Below are positions 1 through 13,000 of a stretch of 64,000 nt of DNA, piece after piece (positions within the stretch are counted from its first letter, which is position 1; each line of letters opens with the position of its first letter). The stretch is taken from NCBI GenBank assembly GCA_964276515.1, contig OZ193910.1:4092001-4156000 (forward strand). Direction: 5' to 3'. Source of the stretch: Gordius albopunctatus (taxonomy: Eukaryota). Below the pieces are notes generated by a model. That model saw nothing but the letters and a program-made list of their open reading frames with translations, made no database searches and had not been told where the DNA came from. A program made the position numbers and the translations under genes.

Positions 1-22
1 TTCCTTTTTGCTTACCCCTATC

Positions 23-165
23 TAGTGATGCGGAAAAACCGAGAAAAATCTCGGTCTCGCCTCGTCTCGTCTCGAAAAACCGAGACGAGATGAGACGAGA
101 ATTTGAAAAATGGATTCGAGATCGAGACGAGACGATGCGACATTTTTTCGGCGAGATCTCGACTT
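23..165. mobile_element. Terminus of a hAT-like non-autonomous element (TAGTGATG start, clustered GTCTCG/CGAGAC subterminal repeats)
   Basis: Starts TAGTGATG and is followed by direct and inverted GTCTCG/CGAGAC motifs, a pattern typical of hAT/Ac-like MITE ends. The partner end was not found. Confidence 0.45.
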
Positions 166-611
166 TTTATTGATCCTTAGATTTTAGTAAAATGATGGAT
201 TTATACAGTGCGCCTTTTAGTCTTCTCAGGATGTTTTTGTCACACAGAACGCCTGTCAAGTCCCTACACTTGAGCCATCCGGAATTTATCCTTGCTTGGA
301 TTTCTTTATCCGTTCCACCATCCTATTGAAGTGTTGATCCTCAATCGAATAATGACGAATTTAAATTTCAAGAATTAATTTTATCTTTTTTTAATTTTTT
401 GATCTAATTTTAGAATTTTTATATATAGAAAGGTGACAAAAAATAGTAAACTTTATAAAAACTCTCATTATGGTGCCCGCCCAGGTTACTTAAAAATCTC
501 AATTTAGAACGGTAGACTGCCCGACCCCTTAGCCGAGTGGGGCCATCAGCGTGCCCGTCTTTTTGGTTGTTTAATTTTAAATAAAAATAAATTGGAAAAA
601 AATTCTGCCAG

Positions 612-651
612 ATTCCTCCCCCCCCTCGTGAAAAGCCTGGCTACGCGCCTG
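612..651. mobile_element. Right end of a CATGGGCGTAG-type hAT MITE (partial)
   Basis: C-run followed by CCTGGCTACGCGCCTG, resembling the right TIR of the family member at 19045-19488. Confidence 0.4.
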
Positions 652-825
652 TTTTAAAGAAATCTTATCTAAAATTAAATTACGAACCCAGACTAATTTA
701 GTATATAGATACGCATTGCCCTCTGCCCTAGTTCAACTTTTAACTTGTTGTCCATCAAATTTTACCAATAATATTAAAGAAAATAATTTCTAACATACAT
801 TTAAAAATAATCGTTACTTTGCAAT

Positions 826-999
826 CATAGGCGTAGGCCTAGGCAGGATTTTGATCAGAGGGGACAATAATAATTCAGGGATGGGCAAAATAATAATTTT
901 TTAAAACTTTAGCCATAATTATATTAAATTTAAAGGCTTTTCTTTCTGAATTAGAGAAAAGCAGCCGCCTTTCCCTGCCTCCCGTTGGCTACGCCAATG
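826..999. mobile_element. hAT MITE (CATGGGCGTAG family), degenerate
   Basis: Ends CATAGGCGTAG...CTACGCCAATG. Flanks TTTGCAAT / TTGACAAT match at 6/8 positions (degenerate 8-bp TSD). Confidence 0.6.
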
Positions 1000-1292
1000 T
1001 TGACAATCCTATACACACTATTAATTGATTTGGTTATAATTTTTAACCGCTACTAGATAATACGCTACCTCTTTTATCCTAATTTAAAAAGGATTCAGTG
1101 CCATTGGACAAAAAAGCAAAAAACAAATAAATGTCTACGGAAATGCATGAATGTTTATGCGCACCTTATGATCATACATTTTATTTACATTAAATAAAGA
1201 GGTAAGACGATATAACATAAATTCTATCATTGATGATCAAATATAAATGTAAAATTAAAAGAAATATGATAAAAAAATCGTTTATGTTGGGA

Positions 1293-1720
1293 ATGTTAGT
1301 GATGACTATATAAAATAAACTTAACTATATGTAGAAATTTTATGTTTATTCCTAATAATATACTTTTAATAGAATAGATGTAGTTATATAAATGACTAAG
1401 ATTAACTGCTATATTTTTGTTATATGGGTTAAAAGCATGAAAAATTTAAATAAGGTAAGACATGATAAATTTTAAACTTTTATTAAAATGTTAGTGATGC
1501 TGATGACTATATAAAATAAACTTGACAATATGTAAATATTTTGTTTATTCCTGATAATATACTTTTAATAGAATAGATGTAGTTATATAAATGACTAAGA
1601 TTAACTGCTATATTTTTGTTATATGGGTTAAAAGTATGAAAAATTTAAATAATGTAAGACATGATAAATTTTAAATTGTTATTAAAATGTTAGTGATGAT
1701 TATATAAAATAAACTTGACA
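1293..1720. repeat. ~197-bp tandem repeat (about 2.2 copies) in the MULE 3' region
   Basis: ATGTTAGTGATG...TATATAAAATAAACTT recurs at ~1293, ~1488 and ~1687. Confidence 0.8.
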
Positions 1721-1792
1721 TAGTTTACATTCAAATTTTTTAATAAGGTATATGTAATCTGCAAAATTTATTTATAAGAAGGTATGTTTTAT

Positions 1793-3873
1793 TTATATGT
1801 TATGTGATAGAATATACAAATAGTTGGATATATTGTCAATATATTCATTAACATCAACTTCGTTAGAGAGGTATGAAGACAGTAAACGATTGATATTTGC
1901 ATTAATATTATTGTATTTTCTACTGGCAACATGTACTTGTTTACCCTGGGAAATGTGTAAAAGATTTACATCTGTAACGCCCTGATGTTTTATAATAGGA
2001 GTAATAAATTCGTAAATAGGAGGGTGGGCCCGACCAATTAAGCACTTAATACCATTGTGGAATCCCTCTAAATGATTATTGGTGCGCGGTCCAACAGCAT
2101 TCACCCTTTGCCAAATTTCATAGGGGAAACTGGCGCTAGGTCCAACCCATACATCATTGACATATACAAAAAAGATCCTCATCTTTTGGTCAGCCATCAC
2201 AAGAGGATCAAAAATGATAGCACTAAATATTCTCCGCACATCGGATTCCTTCAAGAATGGCAAGGCTAAAATTCGCCTTATATATTTTCTAAACTGTTCA
2301 TTGTTATCATAATAGGTTTTGAGACTATCATGTGCCACTCTTCTGATGATAGCTTGTGTATAGTGGAAAAGGCACCCTAAATTAAATATATATGTAATAT
2401 ATGATAAATTATTACCCTTCACAATAGTGCCTGGAAAACATTCTCGTAGAGCCTGCATGCTCGCCATTTCAAAATCAACCTGAACATAATTGGGTTTTAA
2501 CTCCAAATTATGCTCACCACAAATCTCCTTTAATTTATTGAAAACAATCATATATGTTTCACATGATTTATCAGGCAATAGTGCATAGATCACGGGAATC
2601 ATATGACCCCTGTGATAAGTGTGAATTGTATAAACCTAAAAATTTAGATTAAAAAAAATTACAATTGATATTCCTTGATTAAATAAAGGGGGACACACAT
2701 AATAAGTGCCATCTGAGTATAAGTTCCGGGCTGAACACATGATGTTCAATAGTGTTAGTGTTCCAAAAATGAAGAGGCGATTGTCCCCATTCCACAGCAA
2801 GAATCTTTCACCTTTCTTGGTAAAACAATGCTCTGGTTCTAGGAGAATGTCCCCATTGTTTTCTGGATCTTTCTTGGGTTTGGGATTAACCCGTAGCATT
2901 GTATGTTTAACTGAGGCAAATGTGGGGGTTGCCTGCGGGTACAGGACAAGGTCAGGTACCTCTTGAAATCTTTGAAAAATCACTGTATTATATATAATCC
3001 TCAAATTTTCTTAAGGCTCTGCCAAAACAGCAGCCTTTAAGTCCCAAAGAGTTGAGGTACTCATAGTCACCTCTGGGAGGCTCGTGACTATGTCCTTGGG
3101 TAACAGTAGGAAAAGTCGTGATTTTGGCTTTTCCTGAACAGCCTTTTTTCCTACACCTATAATAGGTGGCAGATGGAGTTGTTGTCAGCCTGTTGTATAA
3201 GAAAGTCTCATAATATAACACAGAGCCATTATGGGATGAAATGAATTGCATATTATCTAGAATAAAAAGAATAATATTATCAATCAACTGGTTTATGAAT
3301 AAATGAACTTACAGTTGGTGGTGGTTGGGATGGTTGAATATGATATTTCACTTAGAATGCTTTCTGCAGTAGAAGCCCTCATATCTAAAACAAGTGTAAA
3401 ATTAACTTTTTTTTATAAATAAATGAACTTACAGTTGGTGGTGGTTGGGATAGTTGAATATGATATTGCACTTTGATTATTGATTGCTCTCACTTTTTTA
3501 ATTAAATATAAAACATTGTTGATGTCCAATGTTTGTAGAGGTTGAGAAACCTGAGCATTATCAATAGATCCATTCATGTCCAATGTTTGTAGAGGTTGAG
3601 AAACCTGAGCATTATCAATACATCCATAGTTTGGATAAGCTATTATGAAGATAATATTTAATAATCATAAATATTACTTGTATTGGGAATTTCGTCGTGA
3701 TTTCTTGTTATAGTAAAATTTTTGTCTCTGTAAACCCCTCTCGAGGAGCATTTTCGTGTTCTACACCTGTAATACACTTGTGAATACTTCCCTACATTCA
3801 CTTTAATGTATTCATATTTTCCCGCAACTAAATATGGTTGTCTTTTCTTCGATAAACAAAATTTAACAGACAT
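1793..3873 (-). pseudogene. Spliced FLYWCH-MULE transposase, disrupted
   Basis: Two FLYWCH-like modules (YYRCRTRKCSSR..NH; YYRCRKKGCSGK...HSHEPP). MULE motifs SDGTY, IPVIYALLP, VDFE, GCLFHY and RTNNHLEGFHN. Introns include a 39-nt GT-AG at 2377-2415. Frameshift plus stop near 3010-3040. Confidence 0.85.
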
Positions 3874-4004
3874 TTGATCATTAAAAGAAGTGATATTGAA
3901 CAGCCACGCTCTGATTGGTCAAAAAATATTTATAGACATTTCATAGACTTTCATAGACATTGGTTTTTTGCTTTTTTGTCCAATGCAACGATACGTTTAA
4001 AAAG

Positions 4005-7000
4005 ATGAATGTAATAGTTGGATTTGAAAATAGTAATTTAGAGGCAATTGATAATTATGAGAACTGCTTAATCGAGTTCCAAGGTAAATAACTTATATTT
4101 TATTAAAAAATCAGGTGTGAATATGCATGTACGCAAAAAATTTTCTCCAAAGGATTTACAAGATGGCTTAAAGGATTCAATTCTTAATCAGGATTGGGAT
4201 TCTGGTTCTTTGATTGTGAAAGAAATGTCAAAATATGTTTGTAAATCTAATCAAAGAGCTATATGGAAGGTATAATATTACTTGCTTAAATATAAATTTT
4301 ATATATTATTTTTGTTATGGTTTAATTTGTTGCATTCTATAAAGGCAGGAATGTTCATAGGATTGATGCATCCTAACTCCACAAATGACCTCATGGACAC
4401 ATTATGTGAGTGAGTGTTATTAATTTATATCATTTTAGTTAAAATAGGTCAGCCCTACATTTTTGTGAAACTTTAAGGTCAGAAGTTATTTTGGAACATA
4501 TGATATATTACATTCAAAAACATTACTTCAAAAAAGCTATTGAGATTGCCGAGGTTTAAGGACAATAATAATTTTTTAATTGTAACTAAAAGGTTTTTAA
4601 TTTATTTTAAGATTTAAGTATGTAATCATTTAAAATTTTACATAGCTAAATGAGTTCTTGTATAATTTAAATATCTAACTAAAGTAAAATCACATTATTT
4701 TAATGTAACATAACTTTGTTATATTTTCTTATAATTTTAAATAATGTTTTCTGTTTAAAATATAAATCTATTTAAAATATTGGGAAAATAATATATTTCT
4801 TTTTTTTTTGTTTTAAAACAACAACTTTCTTTATTTTTTAAAGGGCACAAAAATTAATTAGTTTAATTTATTTCAGGAACTTGATAAGCCTAAACCTGGA
4901 GTCAAAAAACGGCATGAAAATCCAATAAATGAATTTGAATCTTATAGAAATTGTGTGATTTTGAATTTGATAAAATATTACAAAGCTACGGCTGAGTTAG
5001 GAAATGTTATTAATTCTATTTATCAAGATGAAGGGGTTATGATAAGGCTTCCATCATTGCTCATTCATTCTATACATACCAATATCACACAATCAACACA
5101 AAACTCAATCTCTATATCAAATAGCCAAAGTTATAGTTTACCATTAGAACCCTCTCCAACTGTGGTAGAAGAAAATTTTAAAATGCTTGAACCAACAACT
5201 GAAGACTTAGAAAATGATGGATCAGCATTTTTGGTATCACAAATATCTGGCCTATTAGGAAGTTGGGAAGTTTCTTTTGGTGGTACTTAATTAACTGTTA
5301 TAAATGCTTTATCTAATGCTTTTTACAAGTCAAATTTTTAAGCATTCTCTAACTTAAAAATATAAGAAACTAGCTGTGCCCGGCCAAGCATTGCTTTGGC
5401 TCGGTCCTTAAGTGGTTAAATAAGTATAACCTATTAATAAGACTTATCTAAAATGAGGTCATATATGGAATAATTTACAGGCCCGTTAGCGGGGAAAGTG
5501 AGGAGGTAAAACGTGGCCTAATCTAGGGACAGTTTTTCCGGAGGGCCTTTTGAGTGGAAGCTGGGTAAAAATATTTTAGTGGAACTAATTTGGGCAAATT
5601 ATCAATTTTTTCATTTGTTTTAGTAATTATTCCATTTATAGTCAAAAATCCGTAATATATTAGCCATAAAACAAGATCCCATCCAAACAAATGAGTGCCC
5701 TGAAGATGCCTATCAATGCGATATAGCTGCTTCCTTTCTCGGACTTTTTACCACTCCTAGTCCCACAAACCTCTCAAAAGCTCGAAAAACGACGCTCGGT
5801 GGTAGATTAAGTAGGAGCGCTGAGAAAAGGCGCAGAAAAAATCGAAATCAAAAGCCCGAAGCAGAACAGTTTCAAGAAAATAGGGATTTAAATGCCATTG
5901 ACAGCAATGGCACACTGGAATGGGGCTCTGGAAAAAGATTAGCTAAAGCCTGTCAATCTTTCGAAAATTGCCTTTCCACCATCAAATTTGTGGGCGAAAG
6001 TGAGAATTTTACCAGCAATCGGCCCCACATAGCTTGGGACACCTTCGTAGACCTACATATTGGGGTAAAATTGCTTATTAATTATCTCCAAAGTCCTGCA
6101 ATAGAAGTTTAATGCCCCCGACTTTACATGGAAGTTCATATAACAAATCTCATCAAAGAATTTCTTTAATTATTAATTTTAAGGTCCCAAGCATTTTCGA
6201 TGGATTAGTTTTCAGTTTTTATTACCGTTAGGCTATTGGTCTTGTTTGGTTATTTTATGCTACGGCTTGGTAGTATCTGATTTTAGAGATCAACTTTGCG
6301 GGAGTCTTGTAATAACAAGAGAATTAGGGTGAAACAAATGTTTAAAACTATGCAGTTTATTATAATTACTTATAAGCGATAACCCAATATAAAATAATGA
6401 CAAATTATGAAAACCTTGTAACTTAAGCTTGCAACATAGAATAATAAAAAAATTTTTGATTAGATATGTTTTGATAAATTAATACATTTTGACATAATTA
6501 GAGGTTTATTATACCAGTTAATCAACTTAGAAGTACGGGAGGCTTTGATTATTTTATATTGGTCAATCAAAAAGCGCTTCATTGCTTATGGTTTAATGAT
6601 GTTGCATATGCGCTTATTCGCTATTTATAATTAGGGCTATTACCTGCTATATGCTTCAAGATGAATTTTTAAGATCCATAACCTAAAGTAATAATTATTA
6701 TCGATACCGGGTAAAGAGAACATAGGTTAAAGTGAGAGAGATTTAGACTTATTGTTTTATATCACCTAAACTATTGCTTTGTATGACATCTATGCAATCT
6801 AAACGAAAACTACTTGTTTTCGCCCAAAGATTTTGTTGTACATGGGAAACTTTAGCCGTGCCAGAGAAGTTCTGGATCATTTTATAACCTTGTACCCCTC
6901 TTACTACCTATTTCATGAGATGGCTTGCAACCTTTACTCTCGCTATCCCCAGAATTTTCAAGACTCAAGCACCCTCCTTAAAAAACACCAGCAAGTATGT

Positions 7001-10000
7001 AATAACAATTTTAACTTTTGTTTCAATTTTCAAACATTTATCTAGCAGTTTTACCTCTATTTCATTCTTTAAAATAGTCTTATGTTAAAAAATAAAAGGG
7101 CTATGCGGGCCAATTTAACCATAATCGTGCTTTATGTTTTTGAAAAGTAATTTTTTTTATTTAAAGAACTCTCGTGGCATACTTAAGGTGTGTTAAAGCA
7201 AACAACCATCACCTAAAAATAATAGTAACACCAATAATACATTTATGAGTAAATATTTTTGCTTACTAGAAAGTTCAAAAACGGTAATTATTATTATTAG
7301 GACACCTACACTAATAATGCTTTTATTAATATATTTTATTTGTGGAGATGGGGCCAAGGGGGGGGGGGCAGGGAGGGGCGACTGCCCCGCTCTAAATCCA
7401 AAAAATTATTAAAATTATGACTAAAATTTCAAAAAAGATCCTTTTGCCCCTCTCTAAATCATTATTGCCCCCCCCTCTAATTTTAATTTTGGCTACGCCC
7501 ATGTTTGTGCACGTGAATATTTGATAGTTTAAAATGCATTTGGCTTTAAACGCGTTATTTAGTGAAAATCAAAGCATTTAATATGTTTTTATTTTATTCC
7601 TTTTCTAGGTATTGTTAACAAAAGATCCAACCAATCCTCGAATATTTGATCTATGCCATCACCTGTTTGAAGAACAAGGTAAATTTTTTTTTTAAATTGA
7701 CATGCTTTATTAAATAAAAAGTATTAAATATTGAGTGGAATTAATAAAAAGATACAAGAACGAAAACATTTATATAAAAAAATGATTAAAACTCAATATC
7801 CGTTTCTTCATCTTTCAGAATGGGCATTGAATCCATCAAAGAATAAAAATTAGATTTAGCGATCGCGATGGCAATTGATTGTCGTAGTAAAAAACTATTC
7901 GATATTTTACAAGGGGGCGAGCGTTTATTGAGTTCTTTAAAAATAATTAAAGCGCTCTTCCCAAATGTCCCTGAGCACGATGAGACGATAGGAATAAAAA
8001 TCGAGGTTTGGGATAAAGGTGAATATTTTAAGGATTTCCGATGCTCTGCCGATCCAAGGGGGTCGTGAGTATCGTTGGAGGGGGCAAAAAGGTCTATACA
8101 GGTGTAGTCCCATTTTAGGAAAAGGCCTTTGTCCCATGGGATAAGGGACGAACCGTCCGGGCGCATCCGCCCTTCGAGAGAGGGATCTGAAGGTTCAAGG
8201 ATCGAAGGGACTTTTGCCCATTTGAGGGCAGCTTGAAGCAGTGTATTTATTTTTTGGTACCCACCATACCGGCTTTTGTTAAATTTACAATGCAGAGGGT
8301 GACGTGCTTCATCATCTACAAGTGAATTACAAAGCCGGCAGGGGTATGAGGACGTGTATTTACAGCCCAAGCGGAGAGCTATATTGTAGGAGAGGGTAGG
8401 ATTCTCCAAAAACATACCCGAAAACTTACTAGGGTAAGCTTCAAGCCATTCATGTCCGGATTGGTCGAAAGCCAATGACCTAAGGTTGCAATGCTGTTTG
8501 GCATCGCATGTCGAGAGAAGGTAAGCAACGGACCGCGACACCAAGCTTGCATCCAAATCTTTTTGAGCGTATGATTGTGGTATATTAGCTCCTACATTGA
8601 CGTTCTCATTCCATAAGGATAGGGCTTGATTTATGGAGGGATTAAGTGGGAATGGGACAAGGTCGTTGATATGATGTTTAAAAGATAGAGAGGAAGAAAT
8701 AAAGGCGGCTAGGGGAATCGCAGATGGTGAGCGAATACCAAGGCCACCGGATTTTGTGGGAAGTGTGGCTTGAAGCCAAGTATTGGTGTTAAAGGAAATA
8801 TTTAAAATTGATTCAAGAGTGGATTTAAAAAAGTTTTCATAATCGTGTAAAACTTCTTTAAATAAAAAAGCTTGCGTGGAGCGGAAGCAGAATAAAATTT
8901 TGCTAATGTTGTAATAATTTTTTATAATATAAAAAGAATGATGAGATGGCATAGATTAAAAAATGTCTAATTTGGTTTTTAAAGAAGAGAGATTTTTGTC
9001 TAAAAAATTTTTAAGGCACTGGGGTCCCCCGATAGGTGCGCCTAAAACATACAAATTGTCTTTTTTAATTTTGGCAAAGTCAAAAAACTTTGGATGAATA
9101 TTATCCAAGTCAGAATATATTTCACTTTTAGAAGCGTTTAAACATAAGTTTAGAGTGGGGAAAAAAGCATGTATTACATCTAGTGCTTGGGCTAGGTTGT
9201 CAGGGGTCCCAACAAGAGTGGCGTCATCAAGATACCAGACATTAAGAGTAAGTTTACAGTGTTTGTTAATTTCGTTAATTAGGTGATTTATGGCCAAGCA
9301 GAATAAAGGGGGGCCTAGAGGATCGCCTTGTTGGATCCCTTCTGCGGATTCGAGGAAGAATTCTCCAAATTTCAAAATCGAAGGGCATCCATAACTTAAA
9401 ATGATGTAGTTGGTGTAGTGGGGAAACAGTTTGATAAATTCATTAATGAAAGCAGTGCGGCGAATTTAAACCTCTGTTGTTCTAGGGACTTTTTAGGTGC
9501 ATTGTAAAAGGATTAAGTGCTAGTAAGTTTAGACATATTGAACAACTTATATAAGTCAAACATTTGAAAAAATCTCTTTTTCGGCCTTAATAAGTTATTA
9601 TGAAAGTTCTTTTTGTGGTTAAGTTTAGATTTTTCGTTACCCACGGTTGAACTAGCGTTTAACTTTTTAAAAGGATGTTCAAATCAAAGAATTATTATTG
9701 CATGGGTTAAACGGAAGGGGAGGAGGTGAACTTTATCTAGGCCATGTGCAATTGTTGTCATATAGTTAACAAACGAGGCGATAATAAAATACAGCGTTGT
9801 GTTTATTTTATTACCTTCATGTATAATTTGGCAGGCATTTGTGTATAATGCTTAAAGGGCTGTTAATAGGCTACAAAATTTTAAGCGCGACCTTAGCACG
9901 AAGGAAATTAACTGCAATCAAGCGTAGCGTGTGAGGTTAGTACCCTACTTGATATGGTAGTAGGTGAAAACGTTTGGGAATAACGACGTGGGTATAAAAA

Positions 10001-13000
10001 TTAGAGATGCACCGATACCAAGTATCGGCATGGTATCGGCCGATACTTTGCTAGTATCGGAAATCACCAAGCTGATACCTTTTTCAATATGAAACTCAAA
10101 AAATAATATTTATAGTATCTCCTACCATTAAAAAATTGACAACTTTTTAAATTTTTTGAAAATTGTTTCATTTGATTGGCCATAAATATTTCTATGTGGA
10201 GTATAATAAACTCATTGACCATCTGCTCCGAATAGCTGCGCTTTTAAGTAAATATTGTTTTATTTTAAAAATTATTATATATTAAATTAGGCCTTAGATG
10301 GATTCTTTCGATACACTATGGAGTTATTTTGGATTCTTATTCAATAATTAAGCTGTTCAAACAAAAATCCAGTTTCCAGACTAGACAATAAAACAAACAT
10401 TCAAATTTTAAATATTTAATTAATACAAAAAGCTAGTATAAAAAATATTAATAATTACACGCATAAAATGAATAAGCTATTATTTTATAAACAATTGCAT
10501 ATAATATAGCGTGTCTACATTTGATATTCGTCTAATGTTAATAAATATTTAAATATTTATAAGTATGTTTTAAGTTGCTTACGATTATAAATACACTAAA
10601 ACATTGTCAAAGTAGGTGATTCTATACAATTACATGTCTAAATATTATAATAGCGTTATAGTAATGAATAATATGGATAGCAAAATTTATAACTTACCTG
10701 AAGAAGTTAAATAAAATGGCAGTTTAAGTGATTTAATAATCATTACAGGTAATTTTTTATAAACTTTGTTGTACTTTCTAGTTATATATATATTATATTT
10801 TAACAAATTAAGTTTAAAACTATAAAATGAGACTGGAACAATAAAATACAAATTACTGTAAAAATATAATTTTTATTCCGAGACTTTCAGTATTAATATT
10901 TTCATTCGAAATAATATTTAAATGCGAATCAATATTGCCATCATCAAAAGAATTATGACTAACAAACGAGCGCGATATAACAATATTGGAAAAATTCCAA
11001 TTACGCGAATCATAGGTAAAAGAAAATAAATTTGCGATATTATCTAAATAATTAAAAATATCAATCGAAAGCGACGTATCATTATAAAAAGAGAGCAGAT
11101 TAGTTATTTGAGCATCTTTTTGCTTAACGCGCTTGCTAATCGAAAATACTTTTTGGCCTTGATCAATTTGTAATAAATTGATCTCAGCTTTCTCATTATT
11201 TTCTATTAAAAACGAAATGCAGGTGTAAACATCAGGGTGAGGTTCCCCAATAAGGGACTTTAGAGAGTTGTGATAGCCCTTAAGATGGTTATTGGTCCTA
11301 GGACCAATAGCCTTACATCTTTGCCACATGGAATAGGGAAATATAGCCGAGGGGCTTATCCATGTGGTCAAAATATAATCAAAAAACGCGCGCATTTTAG
11401 CATGCTGGGAGACAATAGGATCATCCCAGCATGATCTCCGGACCATGTACACATCGTTCGAACGCAGGAATGGAAACCCCGTAACCCTTCGAATCATCTT
11501 GCGCATTCGAGGATCCCGCAGATATTCCTTCTTAAATCCCAACTTATCAATTCTTCTAAGAAGGGCCTAAGGTAATGGAACAGGCAACCTTAAATAAAAA
11601 TATAAGCATAACAATTTTAATTAATACCTTTGATGATGGCGTTTGGGAACGATTTTTCGATCGCGCTTTTAGCGGACCGCTCAAAATCAATTTGTACAAA
11701 TCTTGGGTTTAAATGTAAATTTAAGCCCAAACATACCCTCTTAATTATACTGAACACCCTGCAGTATGTTCCACGCATCCTATTAGGCATGAAGGCATAT
11801 ACCACAGGTATCATGTGATCCTTATAATACGCATGTATAGTATAGAGTTAAAATAATTTTGGGCATACTTTAAAAGTACATAAAATCTTCAACAGTGAAG
11901 GCGTCCCAAAAATGAGAATGTCATTGACTCTCCTTTCGGTGTCAAAGTTTGAACTTCGCTAAGTCGTATATCCCTCCTAGCAGGGGGAACGGCTTGCCTG
12001 TTTGGCTTGGCCCTTTTCATAGTCAACCGCACAGCCTTCAGGGGTGGTGTTGCCAGTGGATACGCACCCAAGTCAGGGACCTCGCGAAGTCTGGAAGGTA
12101 TGGTTTTGTGATATAAGCGGCTAATTTTTGTAGAAGGGCTGGCTATAACCGCTTCCTTCAACTTCATCTTTGTGACAAGCGCTTCGTACTCCTCCCTCGG
12201 TGGTTCATGCTTATGTCCATGCTTGACAACGACATTCCCATTTAGTTCTGAGGCACTTGCGGGGCAAGATGAGTTTCGACAAGAGTAAAAAACTCTGCCA
12301 TTCTTTGTACTATTTTTCATATAAAGGTGCTCCCTAAAATATAGAATTTTTCCTCCCTTTTGTGATAGTATGTACTCTGGAGTGGCCACTATAAGAAATA
12401 TATATATGATTTAAAAAGAGGTACCTTCATAGTTTTCGTCCATCTGGTTTGTTACATCTACCAACAATAAAGCATTATTCATAGTAGCACCATCTAAAAA
12501 CGAAATTGTGTCAGTTAAATGTAAATTAAGATTAAAATTATTGTTTTACCACAAAACAGAGACTCTTGCACATTATCTCCTGACACATCGCGTGAAGGTC
12601 CTTGAAGTTGACCTAAGAAGTCTATAAAATACAGAATACAATTTACTATGAGGTAGGATGTTTATGGGCTGAGGCCCACACAATGTATTGGGAATGTTCC
12701 TTGAAGCTGATTGCAAATAAATTGGTTGACCTAAGAAGTCTATAAAATACAGAATACATTTTTCTATGAGGTAGGATGTTTATGGGCTGAGGCCCACACA
12801 ATGTATTGGGAATGTTCCTTGAAGCTGATTGCAAATAAATTGGTTGACCTAAGAAGTCTATAAAATACAGAATGCAATTTACTATAAGCTAGGATGTTTA
12901 TGGTCTGAGGCCCACACAATGTATTGGGAATGTTCCTTGAAGCTGATTGCAAATAAATTGGTTGACCTAAGAAGTCTATAAAATACAGAATGCAATTTAC

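Larger units (their letters stand above)
1092..3995 (-). mobile_element. Mutator-like (MULE) DNA transposon, full length, degenerate
   Basis: Inverted repeat CATTGGACAAAAAAGCAAAAAAC (1102-1124) pairs with GTTTTTTGCTTTTTTGTCCAATG (3963-3985), each 10 nt inside the ends. 9-bp TSD TTTAAAAAG at 1083-1091 and 3996-4004. Internal transposase remains. Confidence 0.9.
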
